Positions 18,918-27,274 of a stretch of DNA of 64,000 nucleotides are shown one piece after another (within the stretch, counting starts at the first letter, position 1; each line of letters begins with the position of its first letter). This DNA is from a virus. Taxonomy: Duplodnaviria > Caudoviricetes. Below the pieces are notes generated by a model. The model was not told the DNA's origin and did not search any database. It was given only the letters and a program-made list of their open reading frames with translations. Position numbers and translations under genes: made by a program. The stretch spans positions 399-64,398 of IMG/VR virus record IMGVR_UViG_3300042988_000067; one strand, written 5' to 3'.

Positions 18918-19774
18918 ATGAAGTTCAGGAAAACCGCCCCAGCACCGCCCGCACCACCTACATTACTGGTTGACCCTGTCAGGCCAGCGCCAGCGCCACC
19001 TCCGCCACTCCCCATAGAACCATTACCGCCAGCGCCGGGGGTTGTAGAGGCACTTGAACCTCCACCGCTGCCTCCTATGGAAAACGGAAAGGGCGCAAAC
19101 GTGGAAGTACCGATCTTGCCTGAAGTATTTGCGGCAACACCTGAACTGGTCGGTATTAGCCATGAATGGCCGCTAGTTACGTTGCCACCGATAGAGGTTG
19201 CATTAGCCGCAGTCAAACCGCCTCCACCAGACCCGCCTCCCCCTCTAACAGTGGCACCAGCGTTAGACCCAGCAGCGCCTGTTGCACTTGCACCCGCGCC
19301 TGCTCCGCCTGCACCTGTTGTGATGGCCCACACGGTTGGCGCGGGGACTTTACCCGCAGCGGCTGCCACCCCAGCAGCACCAGCAGTTGTCCCAGAACCT
19401 AGACCGCCGCCTCCGGGTGCGACGCCCATGTCGATGCCGTTATAGAGTATTGATGTCGTCCCACCTGCGGTTGCTGCTGGAGTTCCACCTGCTCCACCAC
19501 CTGTCCCACCTGCACCTATCTGACAGGTGATAATCCCGCCGTTGAAACACGGGAACATGATCTGATTGACACCAGAACCACCGCCGCCTGCGCCCCCTGT
19601 ACGAATAGCACCTGCCGCGCCGTTGTTACCGCCTGCACCCCCGCCCCCACCAGAATAGACAAGCGCGAAGCACATCACCGCCCACGGAGGAACCTCTACG
19701 TTGAATGAGCCTTGGGTTGTGAACTGGTAGTTTTGATTACCGTTCCAGTCCTGCAAGTGTAACATATCAAACAC
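18914..19774 (-). CDS. Glycine-rich domain fibre protein 1
   Basis: FTTQGSFNVEVPPWA...SGGGGG; C-terminal GAGGAGAVFL. Confidence 0.65.
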   Translation of the reverse strand: MFDMLHLQDWNGNQNYQFTTQGSFNVEVPPWAVMCFALVYSGGGGGAGGNNGAAGAIRTGGAGGGGSGVNQIMFPCFNGGIITCQIGAGGTGGGAGGTPAATAGGTTSILYNGIDMGVAPGGGGLGSGTTAGAAGVAAAAGKVPAPTVWAITTGAGGAGAGASATGAAGSNAGATVRGGGGSGGGGLTAANATSIGGNVTSGHSWLIPTSSGVAANTSGKIGTSTFAPFPFSIGGSGGGSSASTTPGAGGNGSMGSGGGGAGAGLTGSTSNVGGAGGAGAVFLNFI

Positions 19775-19775
19775 A

Positions 19776-20189
19776 TTAGTACTTTCCGCCGACTGCCGTG
19801 GCCTGCCATGTGGCTGTGGTATTTGCAGACACGACTGCGTTGATCCTATAACCGGCTGGTAGCGCCATGTTCAGCGGCACAATGACTTCAGGGTTGGCCG
19901 CGTTGGTTGCAATAGTCACAGCAGCAAGCGTTGCTTCAGCGATCAGGCTGTTGTTTGCTGCGGTAGTGTTCGTGCTGCCGTTGTTGAGAAACAGGCGGAC
20001 AGACGAAACTGCCGTGGTACCCATAGGCTTCAGCTTGACGTAGCTGACATACCCGCCATTGGTAGCATCTGCGGTGAACACGGTGGAAACAGTGCCCGTG
20101 CCGTCATAGACGTTGTTGGCTGTTGCGCTCAATGTGATCCACTGAATGTCCGCAATGCGCGAGTAAATCGGATCGGTATTTGCTGCCAT
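19776..20189 (-). CDS. Fibre-associated structural protein
   Basis: 137 aa; MAANTDPIY...LPAGYRI...GGKY. Confidence 0.5.
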   Translation of the reverse strand: MAANTDPIYSRIADIQWITLSATANNVYDGTGTVSTVFTADATNGGYVSYVKLKPMGTTAVSSVRLFLNNGSTNTTAANNSLIAEATLAAVTIATNAANPEVIVPLNMALPAGYRINAVVSANTTATWQATAVGGKY

Positions 20190-20199
20190 TTGATTCTCC

Positions 20200-20601
20200 T
20201 TACGGCATTACGTTGCCGAGTGATAGCTGAACTGCCTGCCCCTTCGTCCACATCTCTTCCATGCGCTCTGCTGGGATCGTACAGAAGACGGTGAAACTTG
20301 TTGCCCCAGAGAATGCCTCTCCGGTACCCAGCCCGCTGCTGCTGTCATAAAACACTTCGCGCACAAGGTTGGTGGAACTGGTCAGGTAACCCTTGCCAAC
20401 CTCCCACTTGTCGTTGTCACTGGTGATGCAGTAGTAGATCGGGGCAGCAGCCTGATACGTTGCACCAGTTGCAAACCGCGATGAGAACGTGAGAAACCCA
20501 CCCGTTGCAGCACCAGAGAGCGTGGCCGTAGCGGTCCCCGCCGTGCTACCCGTAATGGTAGAGGCGGTTTCCTTGATACGGTCATACATCCGACTTGGCA
20601 T
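20200..20601 (-). CDS. Fibre-base structural protein
   Basis: Likely start MPSRMYDRIKET at 20601; WEVGKG..T....LVR and VFCTIPA motifs. Confidence 0.5.
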   Translation of the reverse strand: MPSRMYDRIKETASTITGSTAGTATATLSGAATGGFLTFSSRFATGATYQAAAPIYYCITSDNDKWEVGKGYLTSSTNLVREVFYDSSSGLGTGEAFSGATSFTVFCTIPAERMEEMWTKGQAVQLSLGNVMP

Positions 20602-21077
20602 TAGGTGATCCGCAGGACAGCAGTTGCAGCAGCGGCTGCGGGCAGAGTCACGGTGAACGTGCCAGCGGTCGATGAAACGGTGGTTCCAAAGTCGTACAGG
20701 CCACAAGCAGGCTTGCCAGCGTCGGTGTCGTTGTAGATGATGGCGCCGACAGCGCTGATGGTGGAGGTGGTCCAGTTCGGGTCCGTGGTCCAGTCAATCC
20801 ATGCGGCATTATTGGACGCGGTGGTATCGGTACTGGTAGCGTAACCTGTCATGGTGAAACCACCAGAGGTGTAGCCGGTACCAGATGCCTCATCCGTGCC
20901 GAGATTGGTGGTCGATGGTGCGCCAGTGCCGGGGGTGCCGACGCCAACGAACGTCTTGTCGTAGGTGCCAGCGTGGGCAACCTTGACCAAAGCCATCTTG
21001 TAGGTGTCGCCAGCGGCATGCTCACCACGCAGGTACGCGAGTTTGGCAGCAGCAGGCATAACAGTAGTGAGTGCCAT
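20601..21077 (-). CDS. Fibre/tail-like structural protein
   Basis: 158 aa; DTYKMAL...EASGTGYTSGG...GAIIYN...DFG...STAGTFT motif. Confidence 0.55.
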   Translation of the reverse strand: MALTTVMPAAAKLAYLRGEHAAGDTYKMALVKVAHAGTYDKTFVGVGTPGTGAPSTTNLGTDEASGTGYTSGGFTMTGYATSTDTTASNNAAWIDWTTDPNWTTSTISAVGAIIYNDTDAGKPACGLYDFGTTVSSTAGTFTVTLPAAAAATAVLRIT

Positions 21078-21088
21078 TTACTTCTCCT

Positions 21089-21283
21089 TTAAACTTCGGC
21101 TACGCCTTCCATGGCTACGCCAGTCAACATACGAACGTGGGAGCTTTGCTTAACCACTTCCCCGTCCAACAAATACTTTTCGACGAACAGGATACGCTCG
21201 TCATTGATGTCCCACTCCACCACCTGCACCACACTCCGTAGCGGAATGTTTCCCTTGCTGGTGGCTATTAACGGTTCGTCCAT
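21089..21283 (-). CDS. Small hypothetical protein
   Basis: 64 aa immediately after the portal gene. Confidence 0.45.
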   Translation of the reverse strand: MDEPLIATSKGNIPLRSVVQVVEWDINDERILFVEKYLLDGEVVKQSSHVRMLTGVAMEGVAEV

Positions 21284-21285
21284 TC

Positions 21286-24096
21286 TTACTCCTGTCTCAT
21301 AGATAACGCACGACCTCTAGCGTCGCGCTCTACGACGATGTTCTTGGGCTTGGACAGCTGCTCAAGGATTGCCATCATCAACTGCTTCGTACCCTCGCCC
21401 TCACTGGCCTGCTCTGAAGCCTCGTGCTGGCGGAGATCCGCAAGGTGCTGCATGATCTGTGCCTGACCCTCGATCAGCGCCTCAATGCGCTGGTCAACCT
21501 CTGGCTCCTCTACCTCCGGAACCTCAACCGCCTGTTGCTGGGCTGACAGGAGCTGCGACTGGAGGAACTCGATCTTCTGCTGCTCCAACTGCGCGCGCTC
21601 AAGCGCGATCTCGTTCATCATGCGCTCACGCTCAAGATCCAGCTTCTGCTGATCGGTCGCGGCCTTGTGCAGCATCTCGGTGGCCTTGACCTTGAATTCC
21701 TCGGCCTTGGCGGTCAGCTCATCAATGTGCTTCTGCGCTGAAGCCTGCTGGTTCTGAAGCTCGGTCTGCACCTTGGCGTCCTGTGCCTCTTTCTTGAGCT
21801 GCAACTCGCCCTGATCGCGGGTAGTCTGGCGCTGGATCTCGGCCATGCCGATCTCTTTCTGTACCTGAACGGCAGGATCCATGGGAGGCTGCGGTGCATT
21901 CTGGGCAAGCATCTGCTGTGCCTGAGCGAGCATCTGCATGATCGGCTGGAATAGCTGCTGGGATCCGGCGGCCACCTTGGCTGACACGGCGGCCAGTAGC
22001 GCGTCCATGTCCTTCACGTCCAGATGGTCCGGACCCATCGGGATTGCGCTGTTGGCGACCTCGTTGCAAGACTGAGCGTACAGGAAAGCGATGTGGCTGT
22101 TCAGGTGATCCAGAATCGTCGGGATGGTCTTCTGTGCGGCCAACGGGTTGGCGCCAAAGTTCGGGTCGGTGATGAACCGCAGGTGCGACTCGATGTGACT
22201 GAAGTGGTCCTGCTCTGGGAACACCACGATCTTGTTGCCCAGCATGGCGGTCACGTTCTCAGCGATGGCGTTCATCTCGGTCGGCTTGTGCACGGCTGGC
22301 AGGATGTCGTCAACGTCGGAGACCTTCATCAGCTCCAGCGCGCGACGGTGGATCTCCTGCATGTTGTACTGGACCCCATGCTGCATGCCCTGATCGGCCA
22401 ACTGAATGACGGCCTGAACCTGCGCGTACCGCTGGGACTCAGAGAAGATGTTGGGGTCAGAGACGGGGATGATGTCCGTGGACTCTTCAAAGTCCGCGCG
22501 GTACACGATCTCCTCGCCAAGCGCCTCGATGACCACCTCCTCGTCCAGCAGCTCGTGATCGATACGGCAGATCACCTCCAGCAGCTTGGCCATGGAGTTG
22601 TGCAGGCGCGAGTGGATCGCTGCGTAGTTGTACGAACCCTGCTCGATCAGCGCCAGAGCGGTACCGACCGGCATGTTGTTGCCGGCGTCAGCGATACGCT
22701 CCTCAGCCGTGGCGACCACACCCTTCGCGGCATTGGTCAGCCAGTCCAGAAGCTGGAACAGCACCTGACTCGGCGCATTGAACGGCATCGGCATGATCAG
22801 CTGGCGGATGTCAGTGACACCGGGGGCCGCGTCGATCTCTTGGATCTGGGTGATGTCCACCTGCTGGGTCTGGCCAGACAGGCGCGCGCCCTTCAGCTTC
22901 AGGGCGGTCGGGGCATTGTTGACGTGCGCGGAATCAAGTAGCGCACGCAGTGCCCCAGTCAAGGCCGCAGCCAAGCCACCGATCAGATGCGGTAACCCGA
23001 TGGCCAGTGCGCCGCGCCACGGGATGAACTTGAACTCGATGACCCAGTCCAGCTTCTGCTGGCTCTCGTCGTCCTCGTCCCAGTTGCGGTAGATGGCGAG
23101 CACGGTTGAGAGTGACTCATCGACACAGATAACGTAAGGCGCCAGCCTGCCCTTGGTGAGCGGGTCGAAGTCCAGCTCGGCGTAGCAGGTGATCTCGTAT
23201 ACCGTGCGCAGGCCATCCTCGTTGTAGCTGGTCGGATCCTTGCCCTCGATCTTGTTGGTGGCCTTCTGTGACTTTGTCTCGTCAATCTCTTCAGGCGTGA
23301 TGATCGAGACGTCGCGGTAGTAGCCTGACTCGACGCGCTTGTTGAACGTCTGCTCTGTCAGCTCCTGAATGTGCGTGGTGCGCTGCGCTGTATAGAAGTT
23401 GGAGGCCGAGAACGGCACCAGCATCTTGTCCACCGGAATGAACTCAAACTCTGGGCGCTGCTGACTTTCGTTGGGGATGACCTTGATGTACTGCGAACCG
23501 CCTAGCGGGAGCTGAGAGAGCATCTGCTCCATCTCAGTAAAGAACTCTGGGCACTGCTTGGTGAGCTGCCAGTTCAGGAAGTTGCGCTTCCGCGTGGCCT
23601 TCTGGAGCTTCTTGCCGTTCGACTTGCCGAGGATCTGTGTCCTTACCGGACCATTAGGCGGACAAAGCTCCTTGATGGCTCTCGCCGCGAAATCAACGCA
23701 GCCTTCCGCAAGTACTGGGTGTACCACCTTGGATGCGCCACTGAAACCGGCGCCACCGGGGGCATCGTTGCCGAGTCCGGTCCGCTTGATGCCTTCTTCG
23801 TACTGTTCGTCACGCTTCTTTCGGGCTTCTTTGTCCCGCTCGATGTATTCTAGGTAGTCTGTTGCGATGGTGCCTAGCTGCGAGTCACGCAGCTTCTCGG
23901 CCAGATTCTCACCGAAGGATGATTCCTCTTCCTCGATCTCAGGGTCAACGATGGTGACCGAGCCGTCCTCGTTCTCGATCAGGTTGGACTCGCCCTCCTC
24001 CTCCCAGTCGTCATCTTCAAGCGTCTCAAGCGTCTCATCGACGACGGGCGGGATGAAGCGGTTGTAGTCCTGCTCTATCGGAAACTGTTCGGCCAT
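21286..24096 (-). CDS. Portal protein
   Basis: 936 aa after TerL; GASKVVHPVLAE, VLAIYRNW, GLPHLIGGL and IIPVSDPNIFS motifs; long Gln-rich C-terminal barrel. Confidence 0.85.
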   Translation of the reverse strand: MAEQFPIEQDYNRFIPPVVDETLETLEDDDWEEEGESNLIENEDGSVTIVDPEIEEEESSFGENLAEKLRDSQLGTIATDYLEYIERDKEARKKRDEQYEEGIKRTGLGNDAPGGAGFSGASKVVHPVLAEGCVDFAARAIKELCPPNGPVRTQILGKSNGKKLQKATRKRNFLNWQLTKQCPEFFTEMEQMLSQLPLGGSQYIKVIPNESQQRPEFEFIPVDKMLVPFSASNFYTAQRTTHIQELTEQTFNKRVESGYYRDVSIITPEEIDETKSQKATNKIEGKDPTSYNEDGLRTVYEITCYAELDFDPLTKGRLAPYVICVDESLSTVLAIYRNWDEDDESQQKLDWVIEFKFIPWRGALAIGLPHLIGGLAAALTGALRALLDSAHVNNAPTALKLKGARLSGQTQQVDITQIQEIDAAPGVTDIRQLIMPMPFNAPSQVLFQLLDWLTNAAKGVVATAEERIADAGNNMPVGTALALIEQGSYNYAAIHSRLHNSMAKLLEVICRIDHELLDEEVVIEALGEEIVYRADFEESTDIIPVSDPNIFSESQRYAQVQAVIQLADQGMQHGVQYNMQEIHRRALELMKVSDVDDILPAVHKPTEMNAIAENVTAMLGNKIVVFPEQDHFSHIESHLRFITDPNFGANPLAAQKTIPTILDHLNSHIAFLYAQSCNEVANSAIPMGPDHLDVKDMDALLAAVSAKVAAGSQQLFQPIMQMLAQAQQMLAQNAPQPPMDPAVQVQKEIGMAEIQRQTTRDQGELQLKKEAQDAKVQTELQNQQASAQKHIDELTAKAEEFKVKATEMLHKAATDQQKLDLERERMMNEIALERAQLEQQKIEFLQSQLLSAQQQAVEVPEVEEPEVDQRIEALIEGQAQIMQHLADLRQHEASEQASEGEGTKQLMMAILEQLSKPKNIVVERDARGRALSMRQE

Positions 24097-24151
24097 AGAA
24101 GACTTCCTTCACGTATCGCCTAATTATGAGGCATGCAATGATAAAGCGCAA

Positions 24152-25726
24152 CTAGATCGCATACGGGTTAACGAACTCGGCGCGCGTGTCGTCCTCCTCG
24201 TACTCGTCGTCCTTGGCGTAGTCCATGTCGAACAGTCCACGGTCGCGGATCATGATCATGGCCTGCGTGAAGGTGTCCACCATGTCGTCATGGTCGCCGC
24301 TGGGGAAGCGCTCCATCTGATCGATGAGCGGGCGCGCCCACGACATGAACTTTCCCTTGTTGGCCTTGGACTGCGGGATGTAGATGATGTCCATCTCAAG
24401 GATGGGCGAGACCTGATGCGCGCGGCTGATCTTGTCAGCCTTGCCGGGGTTGTAGCTGATGGTCGGGACGTTGGCCGCCCTGAGATCCTGAAGCAGGGAC
24501 TGGCCGGATCCCTTGGCCTCGACCAGCACCACGTCGGCCTTCCGGCCCTGCCGCATGTCGTCGGCCCCGTAGGTCGAGTGCCAGTCATCGATCACGCGCT
24601 TGCGCAGCTGCGGGTAGCCCATGTGCTCGGCCCAGCAGTCGATCAGCAGCACGGCCTTCTCGCCCTTCTCGGTCGTGAAGACGCCCCAGACCGAGCACGC
24701 CGTCGGGTCGCCCGTGGTCTTCTCGGTGAATGCTGTATCGTATGACTGTACGACGAAGTCGAAGGCTGGGAACTCCTCCGGCGTCCAGAGTTGCAGGTGA
24801 TCGACCTTGAAGATACCGCCGCCCGATGGTGACGGGATCTGCTGGAGCTGGCCGGCTGCGCCATAGTCGCCCAGTTTGGTCTTCAGATCCTCCAGCTCCT
24901 TCTTGCCGAACTGCTCAGGCCACAGCAGATCGCCATCACGCAGGCGCGGGTCCGACCACCCGATGCTGGTGGTCTTGGCGCGCGCATGCTGGTACTCGGC
25001 AGGCAGCAGCAGGTGATCCCAGCCGGCCTGAGCAAGAACGTGGCCGGACAGATCCTTCTCGTGCAGGCGCTGCATGATAATCACGCGTGAGCCGGTCTTC
25101 GGGTTGTTGAGACGGGTAGACATGGCCTGATCCCACCACTCCAGTGTGGACTCTCGGATCAGGTCAGACTGCGCCTCAAGCGCATTGTGCGGGTCATCGA
25201 CCACGACCGAGTCGCCACCGTGACCGGTAGTCGATGCGCCAACAGAGGTAGCGAACCGGTAGCCCGCTAGGTTGTTCTCAAAGAATGTCTTGGCGTTCTG
25301 GTCGCCCGTGAGCTTGAACATGGATCCCCAGCGCCGCTTGAACCACGGTGACTCGATCAGGCGCCGGCACTTGATGGAGTCGCGCACGCTGAGTGATCCG
25401 GCATAGGATGCGAAGAGCCATCGGTGTGATGGTCTCACCAGCCAGACCCACACCGGCCACATGACCGCAGCGATGATGGACTTCATGTGGCGAGGCGGCA
25501 TGTTGATCACCAGCTGGCGGATCTCGCCATTGGTCACGGCCTCAAGGTGATCGCAGATGGCCTCGATATGCCAGCCCTCTACGAATGGAGTCCCCGGCTC
25601 GATTACATGCCACGCCTGCTTGGTGAACTCATAGAGCGAGGTCTCGGCCAGCTCCTTCTGGTCGTTGTAGTACCACCACTGGAGCGCCACCTGATCATTG
25701 TGATCAAGCGTGATCTCGTCGATCAT
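24152..25726 (-). CDS. terL: Terminase large subunit
   Basis: INMPPRHMKS (Walker A), VVDDPH (Walker B), IIMQRLH, QSYDTA and HDDMVD nuclease motifs. Confidence 0.95.
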   Translation of the reverse strand: MIDEITLDHNDQVALQWWYYNDQKELAETSLYEFTKQAWHVIEPGTPFVEGWHIEAICDHLEAVTNGEIRQLVINMPPRHMKSIIAAVMWPVWVWLVRPSHRWLFASYAGSLSVRDSIKCRRLIESPWFKRRWGSMFKLTGDQNAKTFFENNLAGYRFATSVGASTTGHGGDSVVVDDPHNALEAQSDLIRESTLEWWDQAMSTRLNNPKTGSRVIIMQRLHEKDLSGHVLAQAGWDHLLLPAEYQHARAKTTSIGWSDPRLRDGDLLWPEQFGKKELEDLKTKLGDYGAAGQLQQIPSPSGGGIFKVDHLQLWTPEEFPAFDFVVQSYDTAFTEKTTGDPTACSVWGVFTTEKGEKAVLLIDCWAEHMGYPQLRKRVIDDWHSTYGADDMRQGRKADVVLVEAKGSGQSLLQDLRAANVPTISYNPGKADKISRAHQVSPILEMDIIYIPQSKANKGKFMSWARPLIDQMERFPSGDHDDMVDTFTQAMIMIRDRGLFDMDYAKDDEYEEDDTRAEFVNPYAI

Positions 25727-26193
25727 TCTTCGCCATTCTCTATGGTGATCGGATCCCGCGTGGCACCGGCACGCTGCGCCAGCTCACGCATGGCCTCCTT
25801 GGACATGCCTTGCAGCTTCACGGTGAGCGTCGGCTGCTCCACCTTCACCACGTTACCCTCGTCATCAGTGGCGGCCTTCTCGGTGAATCGCTTGGAGGTG
25901 CGCGAGGCTGTCCACTTGATGTTGTCGCACAGCAGGCGAGCGCGCTGCACGTCGATGCTCTCATCCAGCGCCACCTCGTTCATCGAGTACACCGTGGCCA
26001 TTGCGTAGCCTTCGCGGGCGTGTGCGTACATCGCTGCGTTCTCAGGGGAACGCAAATGACCGTACAGCGTACTGAACTTAACGCCAAGCGACTCAGCGGC
26101 AGCCTTTGGGTTAACGCCGTCGTACATCATCTCCAGCACCTTGGCGACTATCTCCGGCGTCACTTGGCCAGCAGGGCTAACATCACCAGCCAT
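25723..26193 (-). CDS. terS: Terminase small subunit
   Basis: N-terminal HTH, YAHARE...RARL..DNIKW; overlaps the start of TerL. Confidence 0.75.
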   Translation of the reverse strand: MAGDVSPAGQVTPEIVAKVLEMMYDGVNPKAAAESLGVKFSTLYGHLRSPENAAMYAHAREGYAMATVYSMNEVALDESIDVQRARLLCDNIKWTASRTSKRFTEKAATDDEGNVVKVEQPTLTVKLQGMSKEAMRELAQRAGATRDPITIENGEE

Positions 26194-26195
26194 CT

Positions 26196-26579
26196 CTACA
26201 CTCCTCTCGAATGTTTGACGGTCACCATTATACCTCCATGAGGCGGGATGGACTCACCGCGCTCGATGGTGATCTTGGCGACCTGATAATCATCCACCCA
26301 CAGGCCGGCTCTGGTCAGTGAGTCCTCCACGATCTTGATCAGGTTCGATATATCCCGCTTGCGTTTATCTGGCGGGAACACGACCATGGTCATCTCGATC
26401 CTACCTGCCCAGTGTTTCTTCATCCCCATGGTAGCCACGATGATGGCAACCTCTTGGTGAAACAGCCTAGCCTCATCCGTCAGGAAATGTCCCCGCGATG
26501 TGTGCTTCATGTAATGGTTCACCGTGGGCGGATACGGCAACTCCAGAGTAACAATTTCATCGCTCAGGCTGTCCTCCAT
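26196..26579 (-). CDS. rusA: RusA-family Holliday junction resolvase
   Basis: LPYPPTVNHY...PPDKRKRDISNLIK..EDSL...WVDDYQV. Confidence 0.9.
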   Translation of the reverse strand: MEDSLSDEIVTLELPYPPTVNHYMKHTSRGHFLTDEARLFHQEVAIIVATMGMKKHWAGRIEMTMVVFPPDKRKRDISNLIKIVEDSLTRAGLWVDDYQVAKITIERGESIPPHGGIMVTVKHSRGV

Positions 26580-26785
26580 ATCCTGATGCCTCCGTTCTCA
26601 ATGCTGGCAGTCATACCCTTACCGTTGCGGTGGAAGTATTTGATGGCAGCCAACCTAGCCTTGCCGTTGTGATCCTGTCCATCAAAGAAAACACTATCAC
26701 CAACCTGCATCTCCCTGAATGGGTAATTCCTGACGGTGTCGATATGTTTCTTCGGGATCGGTATCCCTGATTCTATTTTAGTCAT
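26564..26785 (-). CDS. Small putative DNA-binding protein
   Basis: KIESGIPIP...YPFREMQVGDS...GIRIWR phage motif. Confidence 0.55.
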   Translation of the reverse strand: MTKIESGIPIPKKHIDTVRNYPFREMQVGDSVFFDGQDHNGKARLAAIKYFHRNGKGMTASIENGGIRIWRTA

Positions 26786-26789
26786 GATA

Positions 26790-27270
26790 TGTCACAGTTG
26801 TTTAACACGGTCACAATTGTACACTATTACGGTATCACTTAATCGATAGCAAAATCAGCCGGTATTTTTAATTTCATTCGATCACTTTTTTCGCCTGCTA
26901 ATCTGCCTGTTTTTTGTGCCGACCGTTTGCGTGTGACAGGTATATATACCCTGTCACGGCGTCACCAAATGGTTTGCGAGCATTTGTGACAGCTTGTGGC
27001 ATGAATTTTTGTCACACACGAACTTATAAAAATCAACAACTTACGATTAATTTCACGTTGCCGTGACATGGTGTGACATAGCGCCCTGTCACACCTAAAA
27101 ATGACCCCTAAAAACAGGGGTGTGACAAGCGTTTTTGTCACGCCTAAAAAATAGGCAACTGCGTGACAAATTACCTTGTCACACCTCGTCACGCTGCCGC
27201 CAAAATCATCGTAAGTCATTGATTTTCCTATATTCAAGTGTGACATTTTTTCTTGTCACGCCTTGTCACA
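26790..27270. repeat. Iteron-like array (GTGACA/TGTCAC), putative replication origin
   Basis: About 18 GTCAC/GTGAC cores; four GTGACA-N8-TGTCAC palindromes at 27073, 27122, 27163 and 27240; directly downstream of the primase-helicase. Confidence 0.7.
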
Positions 27271-27274
27271 CCAT

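Noticed and set aside
26962-27246. 94-aa ORF with repeated CD/CH/VT
   Set aside because: A translation artefact of the GTGACA/TGTCAC iteron array
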